A stretch of DNA of 62,799 nt, counting the filler, from Candidatus Fermentibacterota bacterium (GTDB lineage: Bacteria; JAFGKV01), in the NCBI GenBank assembly GCA_016928395.1. It is 5 parts of 5 records of this genome, joined end to end, with 100 filler letters (N's around TTAATTAATTAA, not from the genome) between each part and the next. Parts side by side here need not be neighbours in the genome. Positions count along the whole stretch, not along the records: positions 52,420 to 62,799 come from JAFGKV010000166.1; 4 more parts are not named here. One strand, written 5' to 3'. A model generated the notes under the pieces. It was not told the origin of the DNA. It was given only the letters and a program-made list of their open reading frames with translations, and did not search any database. The translations under genes and the position numbers were made by a program. Each line of letters begins with the position of its first letter. Positions within the stretch are counted from its first letter, which is position 1. This document shows, one piece after another, positions 58,719 through 62,799 of the stretch.

Positions 58719-60422
58719 TCAGCCTCCGGCCTTCTCCAGTTTGGCCCACGAATCCCGTAGCGCAACCGACCGGTTGAACACCAGAGCATTCGGACGGCTC
58801 TCTGGATCAGTGCAGAAGTAGCCCTGTCTGAGGAACTGGTAGCTCTGCAGGGGCCCTGCATCTGCCAGTGAAGCCTCCACGCGGCAGTCGGAGAGCACTT
58901 GGAGCGACGTGGGATTGAGGAACTGAGTAAGGTCCTCTCCTTCCAACTTGGCGGGATCGGGCTCAGAGAAAAGATGGCTGTACAGGCGGACCTCGGCGTG
59001 CAGAGCATGATCGGCCGATACCCAGTGCAGGGTTCCCTTGATCTCCCTGCCATCGGGTGAGGAGCCGCCCATAGTCTGCGGATCATACGTGCAGCGCAGC
59101 TCGCGAATCTCCCCCGCGTGATCTTTCACGACGTCGACGCATCTGATGAAGTATGCATGCTTCAGGCGCACCTCCCGGCCCGGCGCCAGCCGGTAGAACT
59201 TCTTTGGAGGATCCTCGCGGAAGTCCTCCTGCTCAATGTAGAGAACCCGGGAGAACGGCAAGAGCCGGGTTCCCTGGGCGGGGTCCTCCGGGTTGTTGAG
59301 GGCCTCTACCTGCTCCACGATGCCCTCGGGATAGTTCTCAATAACGACCCGTAGGGGCCGAAGCACTGCCATGACCCGGGGCGCCCGTCTGTTCAGGTCT
59401 TCTCGCAGGCAATGCTCCAGAAGCCCTGCGTCCACTACACTGTCGCGCTTGGCTACGCCGATGCGTTCGCAGAACGTGCGAATAGCTTCGGGCGTGTAGC
59501 CCCGACGGCGGAGGCCGCACAGCGTCGGCATCCGGGGATCGTCCCATCCCTTCACTATGCCGTCTCGAACGATTCGGATCAGCTTGCGCTTGCTGAGGAC
59601 CGTATGGGTCAGGTTCAGCCGGGCGAACTCGATTTGCTGTGGGTGATGCGCTCCCAGCGCCTCCAGGAACCAGTCGTATAGCGGCCGGTGGATCTCATAC
59701 GCCAGATCGCACAGAGAGTGCGTGATACCCTCCATGGAGTCGCTCTGGCCATGGGCCCAGTCATACGTCGGGTAGATGCACCACGCATCTCCCGTGCGAT
59801 GATGAGTGGCGTGGAGGATCCGGTACATTATCGGATCCCGCATGTTCACGTTGGAGGCCGCCATGTCGATCTTGGCGCGCAGAGTCCGGGACCCATCAGG
59901 GAACGCGCCGTTCCGCATTCGCCCGAAGAGAGCCAGGTTCTCCTCCACCGAGCGGTTCCGGTATGGGCTTTCCCTGCCGGGCTCGGTCAGGGTGCCCCGG
60001 TACTCCCGCACCTCGTCGGGGCTCAAGTCGCAGACATAGGCCTTGCCCTTCCTGATCAGCTCCACGGCCCACGTGTAGAGCTGCTCGTAGTAGTCGGAGG
60101 CGAAGAACAGCCGGTCACCCCAGTCATAGCCCAACCACCGGATGTCATGCTTCATGCCTTCGACATACTCGGTCTCTTCCTTCACCGGATTTGTGTCGTC
60201 GAACCGGAGGTTGCAGAGACCGCCATACTCCTCGGCGATGCCGAAGTCGATGCTGATGGCCTTGGCGTGGCCTATGTGCAGGTAGCCGTTGGGCTCCGGA
60301 GGGAATCGCGTGTGTACCCTGCCGCCGTTCTTGCCGGCGCGGATATCCCCCTCTACGATCTCTCGGATGAAGTCACGGGGGCGTTCGGGTTCACCTGCCT
60401 CGGCTCGTTCATTCTCTGTCAT
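58719..60422 (-). CDS. glnS: Glutamine--tRNA ligase
   Basis: [39 protein letters not shown]. Confidence 0.96.
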   Translation of the reverse strand: MTENERAEAGEPERPRDFIREIVEGDIRAGKNGGRVHTRFPPEPNGYLHIGHAKAISIDFGIAEEYGGLCNLRFDDTNPVKEETEYVEGMKHDIRWLGYDWGDRLFFASDYYEQLYTWAVELIRKGKAYVCDLSPDEVREYRGTLTEPGRESPYRNRSVEENLALFGRMRNGAFPDGSRTLRAKIDMAASNVNMRDPIMYRILHATHHRTGDAWCIYPTYDWAHGQSDSMEGITHSLCDLAYEIHRPLYDWFLEALGAHHPQQIEFARLNLTHTVLSKRKLIRIVRDGIVKGWDDPRMPTLCGLRRRGYTPEAIRTFCERIGVAKRDSVVDAGLLEHCLREDLNRRAPRVMAVLRPLRVVIENYPEGIVEQVEALNNPEDPAQGTRLLPFSRVLYIEQEDFREDPPKKFYRLAPGREVRLKHAYFIRCVDVVKDHAGEIRELRCTYDPQTMGGSSPDGREIKGTLHWVSADHALHAEVRLYSHLFSEPDPAKLEGEDLTQFLNPTSLQVLSDCRVEASLADAGPLQSYQFLRQGYFCTDPESRPNALVFNRSVALRDSWAKLEKAGG

Positions 60423-60458
60423 CCCGTCACCTCTCTCAGCGCAGCCACAAGGCCGCGA

Positions 60459-61907
60459 TCATTTTATGCTCTTCAGGGCGCCAGCCGCCCGGCGGATCCG
60501 CCGCCGGCACACTTCCTTGCCCAAGACCGCCATGGTGTCGAACAGCGGCGGTGAAGCGGCCCGCCCGGTCACCGCGACGCGTACCGACATGAACAGCTCA
60601 TTGGGTGACCAGCCGGCCGCTTCGCAGAATGAGCGCAGTATGCTCTCGAGCCGCTCGGGTTGCCAGTCCAGCAAGGGATCCAGATGCTCATCCAGGAGCG
60701 TCTTCAGGACCTTCGCGGTGTCCTGCGGCGTGCGACCCTTGGGCACGAGCTTCTTCAGGGCCTGGTCATCATAGGCGACGTCGCCCACGAAGAAGAAGCG
60801 CCCATAGTCGAGGAAATCCTCCAGCGTTTCGATCCGTTCCTGAATCAAAGGGAGCACCTGCAGAAGGTAGTCGTCACCGAGGAGACCGGCCCGAAGGCGC
60901 TCGAGGAGCTGTACTACCGTCAACCCCCGGATATACTTGCCGTTCAGCCACGAGAGTTTCTCCAGGTCGAAGATGGGGCCGCCCAGGGTTATGCGTTCCA
61001 GTTCGAGGAGTCGGGCAAATTCCTCCAGAGAGAACTCCTCCCGCTCGTCGGGCATGGCCCAGCCCATCAGGGCCAGGTAGTTCAGGAGCGCTTCGGGCAG
61101 GTAGCCCGCCCGGCGGTAGTAGTTCAGGCTGACCGGGTTCTTGCGCTTCGAGATCTTGGAGCGGTCGGCGTTGCGAAGCAGCGGCAAGTGACAGAACACG
61201 GGAGGTTCCCAGCCGAAGGCCCGGTAGAGCTGCACATGCTTGGGCAGCGACGAAAGCCACTCCTCGGCGCGGATGACATGGGAGATCTCCATAAGGTGAT
61301 CGTCTACCACATTGGCCAGATGATAGGTAGGGAATCCATCGCTCTTGAGCAGAACCTGGTCATCGATGCCCGCGGCTTCAAACGCGATTTCTCCCCGCAG
61401 CAGGTCCTTGACCACGATCTGCCCCTCCCGGGGCATGGCCAGGCGGACGACGTGGGGCTCGCCCCTGCGGAGGGCGGCGTCGGCCGGGGCCATGGCGCGG
61501 CAGTGGCCATCGTATCCCACGGTTGTCGAGCCCTCAGCCTGCTGCCGCGCCCTGACTTTATCGAGTCGTTCTTTGGAGCAGAAGCACGGATAGGCATGGC
61601 CAGCGTTGATCAGGCGTTTTACATGCTCGCGATAGATCTCGCTGCGCTCGCTCTGGCGGTAGGGGCCACAGGGACCACCGACATCGGGGCCCTCGTCCCA
61701 CGTGAGACCCAGCCAGTGCAGGGCCTCGAAGATCATGGCCTCACTGGCCTGATTGGACCGGGTCCGATCGGTATCCTCGATCCGGAGGATGAATTGGCCC
61801 CCATGCGTGTGGGCGAAGGCATAGTTAAACAAGGCCGCGTAGGCGGTACCCACGTGGGGATCGCCGGTGGGGCTGGGAGCGATGCGGGTGCGGACTGTAC
61901 GGGACAC
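60459..61907 (-). CDS. gltX: Glutamate--tRNA ligase
   Basis: RIAPSPTGDPHVG, LRIEDTD, KISKR. Confidence 0.96.
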   Translation of the reverse strand: MSRTVRTRIAPSPTGDPHVGTAYAALFNYAFAHTHGGQFILRIEDTDRTRSNQASEAMIFEALHWLGLTWDEGPDVGGPCGPYRQSERSEIYREHVKRLINAGHAYPCFCSKERLDKVRARQQAEGSTTVGYDGHCRAMAPADAALRRGEPHVVRLAMPREGQIVVKDLLRGEIAFEAAGIDDQVLLKSDGFPTYHLANVVDDHLMEISHVIRAEEWLSSLPKHVQLYRAFGWEPPVFCHLPLLRNADRSKISKRKNPVSLNYYRRAGYLPEALLNYLALMGWAMPDEREEFSLEEFARLLELERITLGGPIFDLEKLSWLNGKYIRGLTVVQLLERLRAGLLGDDYLLQVLPLIQERIETLEDFLDYGRFFFVGDVAYDDQALKKLVPKGRTPQDTAKVLKTLLDEHLDPLLDWQPERLESILRSFCEAAGWSPNELFMSVRVAVTGRAASPPLFDTMAVLGKEVCRRRIRRAAGALKSIK

Positions 61908-62215
61908 GATGCGACACCTCAATGGAAGAGAGGAAGTCTCGTCGATCAATCCTCATAGGAGAACGCCGGGCACACGGCGGCATGCCGGCGGGAAGCCCCC
62001 TCTGATCGCGCTATGCCGCACAAGATAGCGGCTCGTCGCTCAACGGAAACCCCGCGACGCGCAGCGGCGTCTGGCCGCAATGCAGGGGAACCCTTCAGAA
62101 ATGAGTTGGTGCCTCGTGCCGAGAACTCTAGACTATTCGGTCTTGCTGTCCGTTCTTGTCCACTGGCCTGTTTCGAAAGTGCACTGCCAATGAACGTGAT
62201 GCAACGGTGTCAGCC

Positions 62216-62374
62216 ATGAGCAGTGATGCGATCCTGGGGCTGGTGATCCTTTGCAGCGCCCTCTCGCTGACGGTCTACCTGGTGCTCAGGAGCCGCAGCA
62301 TCATAGCCCGGATCACGACCAGGCGTCTCTCGACCGTCCGAGAGATAGTGAAGGATCTCGACAATGGCCGATGA
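62216..62374 (+). CDS. Small membrane protein
   Basis: MSSDAILGLVILCSALSLTVYLVL; overlaps the permease start. Confidence 0.45.
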   Translation: MSSDAILGLVILCSALSLTVYLVLRSRSIIARITTRRLSTVREIVKDLDNGR

Positions 62375-62799
62375 TCGCCAGGCCGGCTCCGAGTTGTCCC
62401 GGGAGCTTTCGCTGTTCCATCTTACCATGATGGGTCTCGGCATGATGATTGGTGCCGGGGTGTTTCTGGGAATCGGCAACAGCATCTTTCACGCCGGCCC
62501 GGGGGGTGTGCTTCTCACCTTCGCCTTGAATGGGCTCCTGGCCGTCTTGACGGTCATGTCCTATGCCGAGCTGTCCTCGGCGATACCGCGGGCCGGAGGC
62601 GCTTACAATTTCGCTCGCCTGGCCTTCGGCAAGGGCACGAGCTTCATGGCGGGATGGATGGAGTGGTTCGCGGCCACCGTCGCGGGAAGCATGTATGCCC
62701 TCACGTTCTCCATCTACACCGTGCGCTATCTCGCGCAGCTGGGCCTCTTGGACTCGTTCGGCGGTTACTCCATCCCCGCCATCAAGCTCACCGCGGTGC
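62364..62799 (+). CDS. APC family amino acid permease (3' truncated by window)
   Basis: GMMIGAGVF, SYAELSSAIPRAGGAY, FMAGW. Confidence 0.9.
   Translation, partial: MADDRQAGSELSRELSLFHLTMMGLGMMIGAGVFLGIGNSIFHAGPGGVLLTFALNGLLAVLTVMSYAELSSAIPRAGGAYNFARLAFGKGTSFMAGWMEWFAATVAGSMYALTFSIYTVRYLAQLGLLDSFGGYSIPAIKLTAV

Overview
High-GC bacterial sequence, probably a draft or metagenome-assembled genome. It consists of five unrelated contigs joined by artificial 100-bp N/TTAATTAATTAA/N linkers (19636-19735, 31718-31817, 41185-41284, 52320-52419), so adjacency across these gaps is meaningless. Contig 1 is a minus-strand surface-glycan cluster (GT2/GT4/GT-C glycosyltransferases, two B12-radical-SAM enzymes, methyltransferases, epimerase) plus DUF62 and trkA/trkH. 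Contig 2 has an unusual GHKL-ATPase/transglutaminase fusion with a degenerate GHKL partner, a kinase-like protein, a pseudo-cyclase, a PHP-UvrD fusion and the tRNA Thr-Tyr-Gly-Thr/tuf operon. Contig 3 is a MoxR/Bat operon interrupted by a heptamer-flanked four-helix-bundle gene. Contig 4 is the most interesting: a REP-associated tyrosine transposase (RAYT) lies inside a ~6-kb array in which every gene module (Cys/Gly-rich RiPP-like precursor, HTH-sulfotransferase, three toxin-antitoxin pairs) is delimited by GTAG-REP clusters. Four ORFs use the REP's own TAG as their stop codon, and a ~188-bp MITE has inserted into the REP linker. Contig 5 has a Lon-like protease/TM/FG-GAP protein, a polysaccharide deacetylase, tsaB/tsaE, an L,D-transpeptidase, glnS and gltX. 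All calls are by motif recognition only; no searches were run.
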